From Myxococcota bacterium (GTDB lineage: Bacteria; Myxococcota_A; Polyangia; JAAYKL01), in contig JASJCT010000034.1 of the NCBI GenBank assembly GCA_030065855.1, forward strand, positions 852-64,851: 64,000 nucleotides of DNA. Reading direction: 5' to 3'. The notes beneath the pieces are model-generated. The model worked only from the letters and a program-made list of their open reading frames with translations. It searched no databases and had not been told where the DNA came from. Position 1 is the stretch's first letter, and each line of letters begins with the position of its first letter. Position numbers and translations under genes: made by a program. Positions 31,994 to 41,335 of the stretch are shown here, piece after piece.

Positions 31994-32665
31994 ATGAAGA
32001 CGGTCTTGAAAATAACCCTCATCCTATTTGCCATTCAATTCTGTCTAGCGGTGTTTACCGGGTTAAGCGTTACTGAAATTCCACTTCTTCCTGGTGGGAG
32101 TGAGAGCCCCGGTATTTGGATCAACCCTTGGATAGGAGCCCTCATTTATCCCGGTTTCACTTTGTTCGTGCTAATAAGCGGTTATTTCGACACCCTGTTT
32201 TCCCGAACGCATAGCCCGCCCCGGTTTGATCGATGCTACCCACCGTTTATCTATTTACCAACGCTGTACGTTTTGGTTTTGCAGGTCACTGCAACCCTTG
32301 GTGGTATGAATCTACTAACGCCGCATATCAGCCATTTCATATTGATTTCCGGTGTGTTGCTATTGCTGTTTGGAAATATCCTACCCCGGGTACCGTACAA
32401 ATCTCTAAGCGGGTTGCCGCTTCCTTGGATCTTCAATTCGGAGATAACCTGGCGTAAGACCCATCGCATTACTGGTATTTTTTTGGTTGGGGCTGGTGCT
32501 CTGACAATTATGACAGAGTTACTGTTTATGGTACTCCATGAGCCGAACCCGGAAGGGCTTCTGTACAGAGTTAGCAGGTGGATAGTAGTTTGCCTGGTCT
32601 TGTTTCCGTTTCCATACTCATATTTCATCTACAAAAACATAAATAAATCACGACACGCCCCATAA
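31994..32665 (+). CDS. SdpI/YhfL-family membrane protein
   Basis: Multi-TM protein immediately after the ArsR gene (2-nt gap, GGAG upstream). ...PRVPYKSLSGLPLPWIFNSEITWRKTHRITGIFLVGAG resembles the SdpI motif (N..iGiRtpWtl.s.e.W.kthr..g). Confidence 0.6.
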   Translation: MKTVLKITLILFAIQFCLAVFTGLSVTEIPLLPGGSESPGIWINPWIGALIYPGFTLFVLISGYFDTLFSRTHSPPRFDRCYPPFIYLPTLYVLVLQVTATLGGMNLLTPHISHFILISGVLLLLFGNILPRVPYKSLSGLPLPWIFNSEITWRKTHRITGIFLVGAGALTIMTELLFMVLHEPNPEGLLYRVSRWIVVCLVLFPFPYSYFIYKNINKSRHAP

Positions 32666-32710
32666 CAATATCACTTAAGATACTCTAAATGTAATAAAGA
32701 GGCTAACAAG

Positions 32711-34240
32711 ATGAAAATACGACATGTTGAGAGATTTGTCCGTGCAAGCATCCCGATAGCAGCGTTTGTTCTGTTGAATTCGTGTAGGGGGCCGAGTGCC
32801 GAGACGTCCCAAGCGAGGTTGGTTTTGGAGCCTTGCTCTCACGAAGTCGAGGGACAAGAGGAGCTTGCGGAACTGAACGCCTTGTGTGGAAAGTATGATG
32901 TTTGGGAAAATCGAAAAAGAAAAGAGGGGCGAAAAATTTCCCTTAACATCGCGGTCGTGCCTGCCCTGGGTAAGGCCAAACCAGATCCCCTGTTTTTGCT
33001 TTCAGGTGGGCCAGGCCAGGCCGCCACAGAGGATAAGTGGTTTCCCATGTTTCCCTGGGTGAAAAAACTTCGAATCCATCGCGATATCGTTCTCGTGGAC
33101 CAGCGAGGCACAGGATCCTCCAATCCTTTGGACTGCGAACCCGACGGAGGGATCGCCAACGTTCCTTTGAAAGAGATGTTTCAGCTCAGGCGCCCGATTG
33201 ATGAGACCGCCGATTGTGTCAAAAAATGGGATGCAGACCTTCACCAATATACTACCGACGTCGCCATGGACGATCTGAATGAGGTTCGTGAGGCGCTGGG
33301 ATACGATAAAATCAACATCTATGGCATCTCCTATGGAACCCGTGCCGCTCATGTGTACCTGAGACGTCACGAAAACACAGTTAGATCCATTGTGCTCGAA
33401 GGCACAGTTCCCATGGAGATGCGTATTCTCGATGGCTCGGCAGAAGATGGGAACCGTGCCATGGGGCTTTTGCTGGATCACTGCGAGCGAGACAAAAACT
33501 GCTCTGAGGTTTTTCCCACGCTTCGAGACGACCTGAACACGCTCATTGAAAGTCTTTTGCGGTCACCAGCCAAGGTGCGTCTGAGTCATCCTCGAAAAGG
33601 AGAAACACAAGAGGTCATCATCGGGGTGGAGAGCTTTCGAATGCTCCTGTTTACTGCTTTGTATGACAGCATTACGACTGCTCTGATCCCCCTGGCTATC
33701 ACCAAGGCAAAAAATGGAGACTTCAGCATTATCGCCACTATCCTGGAGTCTCGAAGTGCCGTGGCTGAGGTTATTAGTACCGGAATGCAAAAAGCGGTGC
33801 TGTGCAACGAAGATTTTATTGTATTGGATAGGTCAGAGGAGTCGGATGGGGGCCCTCGAAAAGGTGTCTTCTCTAGAAAAGAAATGCTAGGCATCATGTC
33901 CCAGCACTGCGACTTGTTCGAAGGGGCGAACCTCCCGGACACCTATTTTGAGCCCGTTCGTTCCAAGGTACCAGCGCTGGTCATTTCTGGCGAGCTGGAT
34001 CCTGTCACCCCTCCTCGCTGGGGAGACATCACCGCCAAAAACCTCAACAATGCTCGTCACATTGTGATACCGGGGACAGGTCATGGGGCCATCAACAACC
34101 CCTGCGTGTCGAAAATGATTGTGAAGTTTGTCGACAACGCCTCCAGCGCGGGCATTGATACGGATTGTCTCAAACACTTCAAACGATTTCCCATCTTCCT
34201 CTCCGAAACAGGCCCAATGCTCAAAAAGGAGGCTCGCTAG
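32711..34240 (+). CDS. secreted alpha/beta hydrolase, S33 (TAP / tripeptidyl-aminopeptidase-like) lipoprotein
   Basis: Lipobox LLNSC, LSGGPGQAA oxyanion region, GISYGT nucleophile elbow, and C-terminal PALVISGELDPVTPP...GTGHG. Confidence 0.8.
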   Translation: MKIRHVERFVRASIPIAAFVLLNSCRGPSAETSQARLVLEPCSHEVEGQEELAELNALCGKYDVWENRKRKEGRKISLNIAVVPALGKAKPDPLFLLSGGPGQAATEDKWFPMFPWVKKLRIHRDIVLVDQRGTGSSNPLDCEPDGGIANVPLKEMFQLRRPIDETADCVKKWDADLHQYTTDVAMDDLNEVREALGYDKINIYGISYGTRAAHVYLRRHENTVRSIVLEGTVPMEMRILDGSAEDGNRAMGLLLDHCERDKNCSEVFPTLRDDLNTLIESLLRSPAKVRLSHPRKGETQEVIIGVESFRMLLFTALYDSITTALIPLAITKAKNGDFSIIATILESRSAVAEVISTGMQKAVLCNEDFIVLDRSEESDGGPRKGVFSRKEMLGIMSQHCDLFEGANLPDTYFEPVRSKVPALVISGELDPVTPPRWGDITAKNLNNARHIVIPGTGHGAINNPCVSKMIVKFVDNASSAGIDTDCLKHFKRFPIFLSETGPMLKKEAR

Positions 34241-34974
34241 TGATACGTGTTACAGGTTTAAGAAAATCATTCAAGCAGGTCAGGGCCGTTGATGAGGTGA
34301 GTTTTGAGGCAGGTGATGGTGAGATAACAGGACTGCTCGGTCCCAACGGCGCTGGCAAAACAACGGTCCTGCGGATACTCTACGGTCTTTTGTCGGCAGA
34401 CGGGGGAACCGCAGAAATCGACGGAATCGATGCTTTGACCAAGCGTCAGGAAGCCCAAGCCCGCATTGGGGCTCTTCCAGATACGCTGGGGCTCTACAAA
34501 CGGCTCACCGCACGGGAGCATATCCATTATTACGGTGAACTTCGGGGTCTTGGGGGCAAAGATCTCAAAGCAAGAACAAACGCACTTATCGATAAATTGG
34601 ACATGAACGAAATCGCGGATCGAAGGGTTGCGGGTTTCTCCGCTGGTGAGAGGATGAAAGTGAATATCGCCCGTGCATTGATACATGAACCTCAAAATGT
34701 GCTCCTGGATGAGCCGACCAACGGCCTAGATATTATGAGCACGAGGAAAATGCGGGGGATGTTGTTGGCACTGAAGGAAGAAGGGAGATGTGTATTACTG
34801 TCCAGTCATGTCATGCAGGAAGTCTCGGCTCTTTGCGATCGGGTTGTCATTATTAGTCAAGGGAAGGTCGTTGCGTCGGGCACGCCTGACGAAATAAGAG
34901 AATCGGCCGGAGCAGATAATTTGGAGGACGCGTTTGTTTCTCTGGCCGATGGGAATAGGGAGGTGGCCCAATGA
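34240..34974 (+). CDS. ABC transporter ATP-binding protein (ABC-2/NatA-like)
   Basis: GTG 34240 is preceded by AAGGAGG and overlaps the upstream TAG by 1 nt. Walker A GPNGAGKTT, signature FSAGERMKV, Walker B VLLDEPTNGLD. Confidence 0.9.
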   Translation: MIRVTGLRKSFKQVRAVDEVSFEAGDGEITGLLGPNGAGKTTVLRILYGLLSADGGTAEIDGIDALTKRQEAQARIGALPDTLGLYKRLTAREHIHYYGELRGLGGKDLKARTNALIDKLDMNEIADRRVAGFSAGERMKVNIARALIHEPQNVLLDEPTNGLDIMSTRKMRGMLLALKEEGRCVLLSSHVMQEVSALCDRVVIISQGKVVASGTPDEIRESAGADNLEDAFVSLADGNREVAQ

Positions 34975-36155
34975 CGATCAAGATACCGTCCATTTGGCAC
35001 TCCACCAAAGTTGTTTTCAAAAAGGAAGTAAGGGACGGCCTCAGGGATTGGAAGGCCATTCCTATCGCGCTCTCAGTCCCAGCCATGGGACCGCTGATGG
35101 TAATCTGGTTGTTCTCAATCCTGGCGGATGTGTCTGACGAACCCGACTATGTCACCCTTCCTATAGCCGGCAGTGACTATTCGCCGCACCTAATTACGTG
35201 GCTCGAGCAAAACGGAATAACCGTTACCGACGCACCGAAAAACCCCATAGCAAGTGTGCGGGATTTGAAAATCGACATGGCCTTGGTGATTCCGGAAGAG
35301 TATCAAGACAAAATTGCCAACGGTGAATCGGTCGCCATTAAAATCATCACCAATAGTGAAGATCGTTCACAAGGTCCGGCAGTAAAAAAAATAAAACGAC
35401 TCATTGAATCATATGGTGCCCAAGTCGGAACGCTTCGTTTGCTGGCAAGGGGGGTGAATCCACAGATTGCGACACCGATGGTGGTAAAGGAGGTGGATGC
35501 ATCAAAAGAAGATGCCTTCACCAGGAAGATACTAGAAATGATCCCTTTATTTGTTACCTTGGCAGCGTTTATCTGTAGCATGATGTTGGCCGTGGATATA
35601 ACCGCAGGAGAAAGAGAGCGCGGCTCCATTGAATCTCTCTTGCTGAACCCAAATCCGAGGAGTGCATTTGTCTGGGGTAAGTATCTGACCGCGGTTACTT
35701 TCAGTGTGGTAGGATTGATTCTGACAGTTATCGGATTCCTTGTGGTACTCAGCTATCTTCCTGTTGAGGAACTCGGTATTTCCATTTCTATTGACAGTCA
35801 GACGGTCATCTGGTTGGTGGCGCTGGTTCTTCCACTGGCACTGATGGCCTCAGGTTTAATGATTCTCGTATCCTCTCTTGCGAGATCCTTCAAGGAATCT
35901 CAAGCAACGCTGTCGTTCATTACCTTATTACCCATGATACCCATTTTCATAGAGCATGCGGGTCCCATTAAAACCTGGATGTACGCCATTCCGATTTTCT
36001 CCCAGCAACGTCTTCTAGTCGACGTACTCGCCGGAGCAATACCCGCCACTGTCGACTTTGTCCTCTCAGGTGTCGTATCCATTCTCATCGCTGTCGTCAC
36101 TGTTTGGTTCACGACTCGCCTATTTCACAAAGAGTCGTTTGTCTTTGGTCGGTGA
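34971..36155 (+). CDS. ABC-2 type transporter permease (NatB-like)
   Basis: 4-nt overlap with the ATPase gene. N-terminal TM helix, large extracytoplasmic loop, then 5 C-terminal TM helices. Confidence 0.8.
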   Translation: MTIKIPSIWHSTKVVFKKEVRDGLRDWKAIPIALSVPAMGPLMVIWLFSILADVSDEPDYVTLPIAGSDYSPHLITWLEQNGITVTDAPKNPIASVRDLKIDMALVIPEEYQDKIANGESVAIKIITNSEDRSQGPAVKKIKRLIESYGAQVGTLRLLARGVNPQIATPMVVKEVDASKEDAFTRKILEMIPLFVTLAAFICSMMLAVDITAGERERGSIESLLLNPNPRSAFVWGKYLTAVTFSVVGLILTVIGFLVVLSYLPVEELGISISIDSQTVIWLVALVLPLALMASGLMILVSSLARSFKESQATLSFITLLPMIPIFIEHAGPIKTWMYAIPIFSQQRLLVDVLAGAIPATVDFVLSGVVSILIAVVTVWFTTRLFHKESFVFGR

Positions 36156-36244
36156 CGTCTCTCCACGGCTGATTCATTTGTCGACAGCAAAATGCATCAA
36201 GGTACGATAGTTCCCGTCTCAACGTTTGTAGCTCAGAGGCTTGA

Positions 36245-37597
36245 TCAGAAGTAAGCCTTAAGCCGCAGCCATGCTTGAGCGCGCGCGGCCGAGAGGAAAT
36301 CCTCTGGCTCCCCTGCGGTGATAGACGCCAGCGCCCACAGTTCTGCATCTTGAGCAAAGGCCCACCGTACATCGGCCAACACGGCGGCGGACGCATCGCT
36401 AAGCCCTTGAAATGAGGAGAGACCAATGGTCCAAAAGTCGGCAATGGGGTGGTCTATTGATTCAAATAAAAAATCCTTGCCGAGCATCTTGAGATCCATG
36501 GCCAACAATCCCATCCAGTCATTGAATCCATAGCTGGCGGAGTGTTGGTGCGGTCCCCGGCCGTAATGATAGTACTCGATCATAACGTGGGTCTCGGACG
36601 GAAAAAAATACTCGCTGCCAGCAACGAGCTCCCACCAGTCATTGGGCGCACCTGGTTTATGCTTAACCGCATTGAATGCACCTTCGGCCCATAGACGGAC
36701 GCCCGCGATGTCGAGTACCGCGTCCCCACCGGCCATGATCCGTCGGCTATTGACGGGCTGCAAGACTTGGTCTGGATCCTGCCCTTGAACAACGGCCGCT
36801 GCCATGGCGTCCATGGATCCCTCCACGTCGGTTTGGGATACCTCTGTCACAAACCCAGCCCCTGAGATGCTCAATGGACCCAGCCGCGCAGATATTCGTC
36901 CACCGCCAGTCCACTTTTCAAACGCACCGTCAGGCACGCCGATCAGATCCAGAGAGACCCGATCCCCAAAGGGAATCACGGCCCTCAAGGAAATCACGCC
37001 TTCCTTTTCGTAGGTGGGATCAAACATGTCCTTGTCAGTAAACACATCTGTTGGATTCCAGGCATAGCCAGCCCCTTGTTCAAGGGGTTGTTTGCCCAGG
37101 ATGATCAAAGACTTGCCAAGGGGTATTTTAAGGTAGACATTGTCGATGTAACACTCGTTCTCTAGCACATATGTCTCTTCCAATGCGATGATCCACCTGG
37201 GATCCCGCGCGATCAGATCGGTCAGCGTCTTCTTGGGCAGTAGATCTTTAAGATGTAATTCGGTCTCGCCAACAAATAGACGCGCCACACCGTCGGACCG
37301 CAGTTTGAGCCCACCTGGCAGGTCTGCATCCAGGTCGACCCGAAGCCGGGTCCCGTTGTACACAGCAGTGCCGAGCCCACCAGAATAACGCCGCAGCACC
37401 ATGCCAGTCACCTGATTCTCAAATGTGCCGTGGATGTGCGCCTTGGGGCCCTCGGCGGTTGTACCCTCAGTGGTTGTCTCTTGTTCCCACGTTGTTTCAT
37501 CCAGCCAGTCATCTTGGGCAGGAGCAATGCCTGCTTGTGCAACCGCAGATACAACGATAGCCATCATGACCAACCCAGTGCCTCGTCCAGTCTTCAA
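36245..37597 (-). CDS. putative outer-membrane beta-barrel protein of the MMPL operon (start uncertain)
   Basis: The C-terminus ...AWLRLKAYF has an aromatic terminal residue, and the protein is rich in alternating strands. The ORF-track N-terminus (to 37771) is encoded by a palindromic repeat and is rejected. TTG 37597 gives MKTGRGTGLVMMAIVVSAVAQA, a good signal peptide. ATG 37567 is the alternative start. Confidence 0.5.
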   Translation of the reverse strand: MKTGRGTGLVMMAIVVSAVAQAGIAPAQDDWLDETTWEQETTTEGTTAEGPKAHIHGTFENQVTGMVLRRYSGGLGTAVYNGTRLRVDLDADLPGGLKLRSDGVARLFVGETELHLKDLLPKKTLTDLIARDPRWIIALEETYVLENECYIDNVYLKIPLGKSLIILGKQPLEQGAGYAWNPTDVFTDKDMFDPTYEKEGVISLRAVIPFGDRVSLDLIGVPDGAFEKWTGGGRISARLGPLSISGAGFVTEVSQTDVEGSMDAMAAAVVQGQDPDQVLQPVNSRRIMAGGDAVLDIAGVRLWAEGAFNAVKHKPGAPNDWWELVAGSEYFFPSETHVMIEYYHYGRGPHQHSASYGFNDWMGLLAMDLKMLGKDFLFESIDHPIADFWTIGLSSFQGLSDASAAVLADVRWAFAQDAELWALASITAGEPEDFLSAARAQAWLRLKAYF

Positions 37598-37745
37598 TGT
37601 CGGGTACCATCCTCCCCCTTTGGCAAAGGGGGCCAGGGGGATTTCGTCAATACCGCATGCGTCAAGCAGAGACAAAATCCCCCTATCCCCCTTTTTCAAG
37701 GGGGAATTGGCTAACGTCGCCCGACAAGATCGGTTTGACATCGTG
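37575..37745. repeat. palindromic MITE-like element, copy 1 (family with 55074-56560 and 60672-60846)
   Basis: Arms cctccccctttggcaaagggggccagggggatttc and aaaatccccctatccccctttttcaagggggaatt surround a 28-nt spacer. The outer arm portions (caatgtcgggtacc... / ...cccgacaagatcggtttgac) also align with the other copies. Confidence 0.75.
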
Positions 37746-37767
37746 CGAGTGCCTCGGCGTATGCGCA

Positions 37768-38523
37768 TCACTTGCTCAACCCTGCTTCAGAAAAGAGCCC
37801 AGGGTCGAGTGTTGGGTTTACTTCTGCAGCCACTACTTGCATGGTTGTCTTGCCCCCGTCTGCCAGGTTGGTCATTTCGTAGCTAAATGGGATCATCACA
37901 CCTGAAATGTTCTTATACTTGCCAATAACCAGGCGCTTGATGTTGTCCCCATCCAGGTCGTAGTAATCGACTTTAAGCATGGTATGGTCGGCTTCAGCCA
38001 CCCAGGCCGTGATCTTTGCGTAGGATTTGGGCCCTTTGGCTGTGGGGCGCAGCGCCAGTTTGAGACACGCCTTTCCAGCCAAGTTCTCCTTGCCGATTAC
38101 CTCCCCGGTCCACTTGACAGCCATCTTGCCAGCTGCCATGTCGTCATAGGTGAAATCAGATCCCTGCACCCGGCGGTTGCGCGCGGACGAGGCGATTTTT
38201 CGGGTCCGATTGGTCCGCGGAAAATAGGACCAAATATCATCGCCGTCGTTCAGGGTGAGTATCTTCATACCCCGCACCTGGTTGGGTGCCACGTACACGG
38301 TGAGTCCCATTTCGTCGCCGTTTTTGGCATAGGCGACCATTTTAAACGTTCGGGTGTCCCCAGAGGGGGTGACCACTGTTTGGGTGATCTTCATACGGCT
38401 CGTCCCAGCATACGCGGCCTTATCCACTGCTTTTAAGACAGCCTCGGCCGATGGGGCAGCTGATGCTTCGGCATTGAACAGCACCAGCGGTAAAACGCAA
38501 CAACAAAACATGACGCTACGCAT
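37768..38523 (-). CDS. outer-membrane lipoprotein-sorting (LolA-like, PF17131-type) protein
   Basis: Signal peptide. ...VRGMKILTLNDGDDIWSYFPRTNRTRKIASSARNRRVQGSDFTYDDM contains the GSDFTY(E/D)D hallmark I associate with this family. Overlaps the MMPL gene by 8 nt. Confidence 0.65.
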   Translation of the reverse strand: MRSVMFCCCVLPLVLFNAEASAAPSAEAVLKAVDKAAYAGTSRMKITQTVVTPSGDTRTFKMVAYAKNGDEMGLTVYVAPNQVRGMKILTLNDGDDIWSYFPRTNRTRKIASSARNRRVQGSDFTYDDMAAGKMAVKWTGEVIGKENLAGKACLKLALRPTAKGPKSYAKITAWVAEADHTMLKVDYYDLDGDNIKRLVIGKYKNISGVMIPFSYEMTNLADGGKTTMQVVAAEVNPTLDPGLFSEAGLSK

Positions 38524-41335
38524 GGGTCACCTCCTTTGTCTGATCATTGGACTGTTTGTTGTTTAGAAAGATTCTCGCCAGCGCCGGGAGCAAGACCACC
38601 GACGCGATAAAGCAACTGACCACGCCGAGCACCAATAAGAGACCCATGCCGGCCAGCCCCCGGTGTGAGGCAAACGCAATGGATCCAAATGCAATGCCCG
38701 TGGTCAAGGACGTGAGCAGCAGCGCGCGGCCGGTGTGGCGCAATACCTCGGGCAATGCCCGGACCCCTTGGCGTCGCACCGCGTGAAGCACGTGCACTGC
38801 GTCGTCAATGCCGATACCCAGGATCAGGGGGATCGCCTCTAGATTGGCCACGTCGAATTTTTTGCCCAGCAGCACAAAGATGCCCACCATCCAGGTAAAG
38901 CCGACGACAAGGGGGGTCATGCCCAGTATGGCGTAGCCAAGGCTGCGAAAGTCGATGAGCAGAATCACAAACACCGCCCCCAAGGCGAGCAACGTGGCAA
39001 TAAGGCCCTTGCTGCCGATGAGCGCGATCAAGCGGTCGATGAGCACGGCAGTCCCGGTGACCCGGTCCGATGCCTTTTGCGCTGCCTTTAGAAACAGATC
39101 GACTTTACCTTCCTTCCAGAGATCCACGGCCGAGTAGATGGTAATCAGGTTCTTGCCCTCGCTGCTCAAGTAGCGATCCCGGATGGACGCGGGGAGCGTG
39201 TTGACAGTGATCGGAGACGTATCGGCCATTTTTGCTATTTTTTGTGCCAGTAAGGGTACATAGGCCTTTTCGTAGTGGGCCATTTTTTGGGGGAGATCAG
39301 CTGTTTTTTGAAGCTGTTGCTTAAGTTGGCCGATGGTCAATGATCCCGCATCCTCGCCGTTGGTGAGGCGATCGCAGGCACGCCTGAGCCGCTCTTTTAC
39401 TGAGGCAAAGGCCAGCTGTCCGATCTCCCGCACGTTCATCTCAAGCCGGTTGAGTTCGGTCAACAACTGCGCGGCCTGTGCGTTGGGCACGCTGGGACGG
39501 GTCATAAACGGCGGTGGTTTGGGATCCCCGGCCTCGTCGGTATTGCTTGGGGGCGTTGGTGGCCAGATGAACGGTTTCATTTGGGCGCGAATGCGGTTAA
39601 TAATGGGCGCCCGGGTGCGCTGTTCTTTTTCTGACGGGACAAATTCGGTGATGGCCTCGACCCGGCCGATAAGTCGGTTCTTCTTGAGCTTTTTGACAAT
39701 GGGGCGGGTCTTTTCCAGGCTTTCAGACGTCACCATGGCATAGTCTGGATTGAGCTCGAACTGATCGAGGATCTCCCGATGGAGCACCACAGACGGCATA
39801 TCCGGGGGTTCGATCTCGAGCATGTCTGGTTCAAACTCGGCATTTCGAGATGCAACCACAAATCCAGCAGTGACAATGAGGCATCCCAGGAGCATGGGCC
39901 ATGGCCGGCGCTCGATGAGCACGCCCATGCGCGCGAGAAAGGGAAAGGTAAGCCGAACGGGTTTTGGCTCGGCAGTGTTGCCTTGGGCCAGGCGATTGCC
40001 AACCCGGGCGTGGATCGCATACATGGCCGGCAGCACGGTGAGCGAGGCGATCAGGGTCAGGAGAATGCCTGCGCCGAGCACGAGGCCCAACTCGACCAGG
40101 GCGTCCAAGCCGGTAAGGGCCAGGGCAAAAAAGGCAGCTGAGGTGGTGATTGCGCCCGTCACCACGCCTGCCCCGGATCTCATAAACATCTGCCGCAGTG
40201 CCTGGGCAATGGATTTACCCCCCTCCCCCTGGCTTCGGGCCGTGGCAAATGCCGCGTTCAGGTGAATGGCAAAGTCAATACCCAGGCCGATGAGGATGAC
40301 GCCGAACATCAGGGTAAATAGGTTGAGCCGGCCAACCGTGAGCCCGATAAAGCCCATGGTCCAGATGATGCTGAGCACCAGGTTGATAATGGCCAGTAGG
40401 GGAGCTGTCCACATGCGAAAGGCCAGGATAAACAGGGCACATACGAGCACCAGGGAGATGAGCGAACTCGCCCCCATATCCGAATACGCTACCTCTCCCT
40501 CCTCCAAGGCGAGGGCGGGCATGCCGGTCATGCGAACGTCGAGGCCGGAATAGTCCTTTTTGATGACCTCAATAACGTCGTCGCGCAACGAGCGCACCCC
40601 GTCCATGGTCTCTTCGATGCGATCAATGGAGATGGCTGGTGTGACAAGGGCGATCAGCAGTCGGTCGTCGTCGGAAAACAGATAGGGATTGCCCATTGCC
40701 AGCAGGGTCGTTGCCTTGTCGGCCAAGCGGGGGTTTGAAATGCCTCCTAACCAAAAATGAATATTTTTAAGGCCGTCGATGGCTTGATCTTCTTTTTCCC
40801 GCTCGGTGACCGCGCCTGAATCCTCGATGTATTCCTGTTCGAGGAAGTCGTTGTAGGCTGAGAGCAGTGGGGCCAGTGTGAGGTCTTTAAAGAGGGTCTC
40901 CAGGTTGTTGAGATCCCGCTTTTTGGTCAGCATCAGGCCGTGTTCGGCGATAAAATCCACATCCGCGCGCACGGTAATGCGCTTGACATAGGGCGTTCTT
41001 TTGCCCGTCTTGCTATCTGTGAACACCGCTTGTTGAGCGCGCTTTTCAAGGGCGTCGGCAAACCCGATCATCTGCGTTGGATCATCGCCTTTGATACCAA
41101 TCATAATCTGGGATGCAGCGCTGTATTGTCGAACGATGTCGTTGTATTCCAGTGCTGCCGGATCGTCAGAGGGAACCAAATCGAGGATCCGGGTCTCCAA
41201 TTTTAGGTTAGAGGAGACCAGCAGGGACAGAATAGTTAGGATCAAACCACAACAAACAACTATCCACGGTCGGGAGGCCGCTAGGTTCGCGAGCCCATCA
41301 AAGCAGCGTTGTCTTATTTTCATGGCACCCCTCAC
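38516..41335 (-). CDS. MMPL/RND-superfamily exporter (two 6-TM bundles, two large periplasmic loops)
   Basis: 939 aa. It has duplicated architecture, with TM clusters at about aa 285-445 and 790-925 containing GIGIDDAVH / GLGIDFAIH motifs typical of MMPL/SSD transporters. Confidence 0.85.
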   Translation of the reverse strand: MRGAMKIRQRCFDGLANLAASRPWIVVCCGLILTILSLLVSSNLKLETRILDLVPSDDPAALEYNDIVRQYSAASQIMIGIKGDDPTQMIGFADALEKRAQQAVFTDSKTGKRTPYVKRITVRADVDFIAEHGLMLTKKRDLNNLETLFKDLTLAPLLSAYNDFLEQEYIEDSGAVTEREKEDQAIDGLKNIHFWLGGISNPRLADKATTLLAMGNPYLFSDDDRLLIALVTPAISIDRIEETMDGVRSLRDDVIEVIKKDYSGLDVRMTGMPALALEEGEVAYSDMGASSLISLVLVCALFILAFRMWTAPLLAIINLVLSIIWTMGFIGLTVGRLNLFTLMFGVILIGLGIDFAIHLNAAFATARSQGEGGKSIAQALRQMFMRSGAGVVTGAITTSAAFFALALTGLDALVELGLVLGAGILLTLIASLTVLPAMYAIHARVGNRLAQGNTAEPKPVRLTFPFLARMGVLIERRPWPMLLGCLIVTAGFVVASRNAEFEPDMLEIEPPDMPSVVLHREILDQFELNPDYAMVTSESLEKTRPIVKKLKKNRLIGRVEAITEFVPSEKEQRTRAPIINRIRAQMKPFIWPPTPPSNTDEAGDPKPPPFMTRPSVPNAQAAQLLTELNRLEMNVREIGQLAFASVKERLRRACDRLTNGEDAGSLTIGQLKQQLQKTADLPQKMAHYEKAYVPLLAQKIAKMADTSPITVNTLPASIRDRYLSSEGKNLITIYSAVDLWKEGKVDLFLKAAQKASDRVTGTAVLIDRLIALIGSKGLIATLLALGAVFVILLIDFRSLGYAILGMTPLVVGFTWMVGIFVLLGKKFDVANLEAIPLILGIGIDDAVHVLHAVRRQGVRALPEVLRHTGRALLLTSLTTGIAFGSIAFASHRGLAGMGLLLVLGVVSCFIASVVLLPALARIFLNNKQSNDQTKEVTHA

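Noticed and set aside
37598-37771. N-terminal extension of the OMP ORF (..SPLKKGDRGILSLLDACGIDEIPLAPFAKGGG..) and the analogous extension of the permease ORF at 60756-60848.
   Set aside because: Both are translations of the palindromic repeat element. Canonical N-termini (a signal peptide, and the OppB MTAYVLKRLL.. start) begin just downstream.
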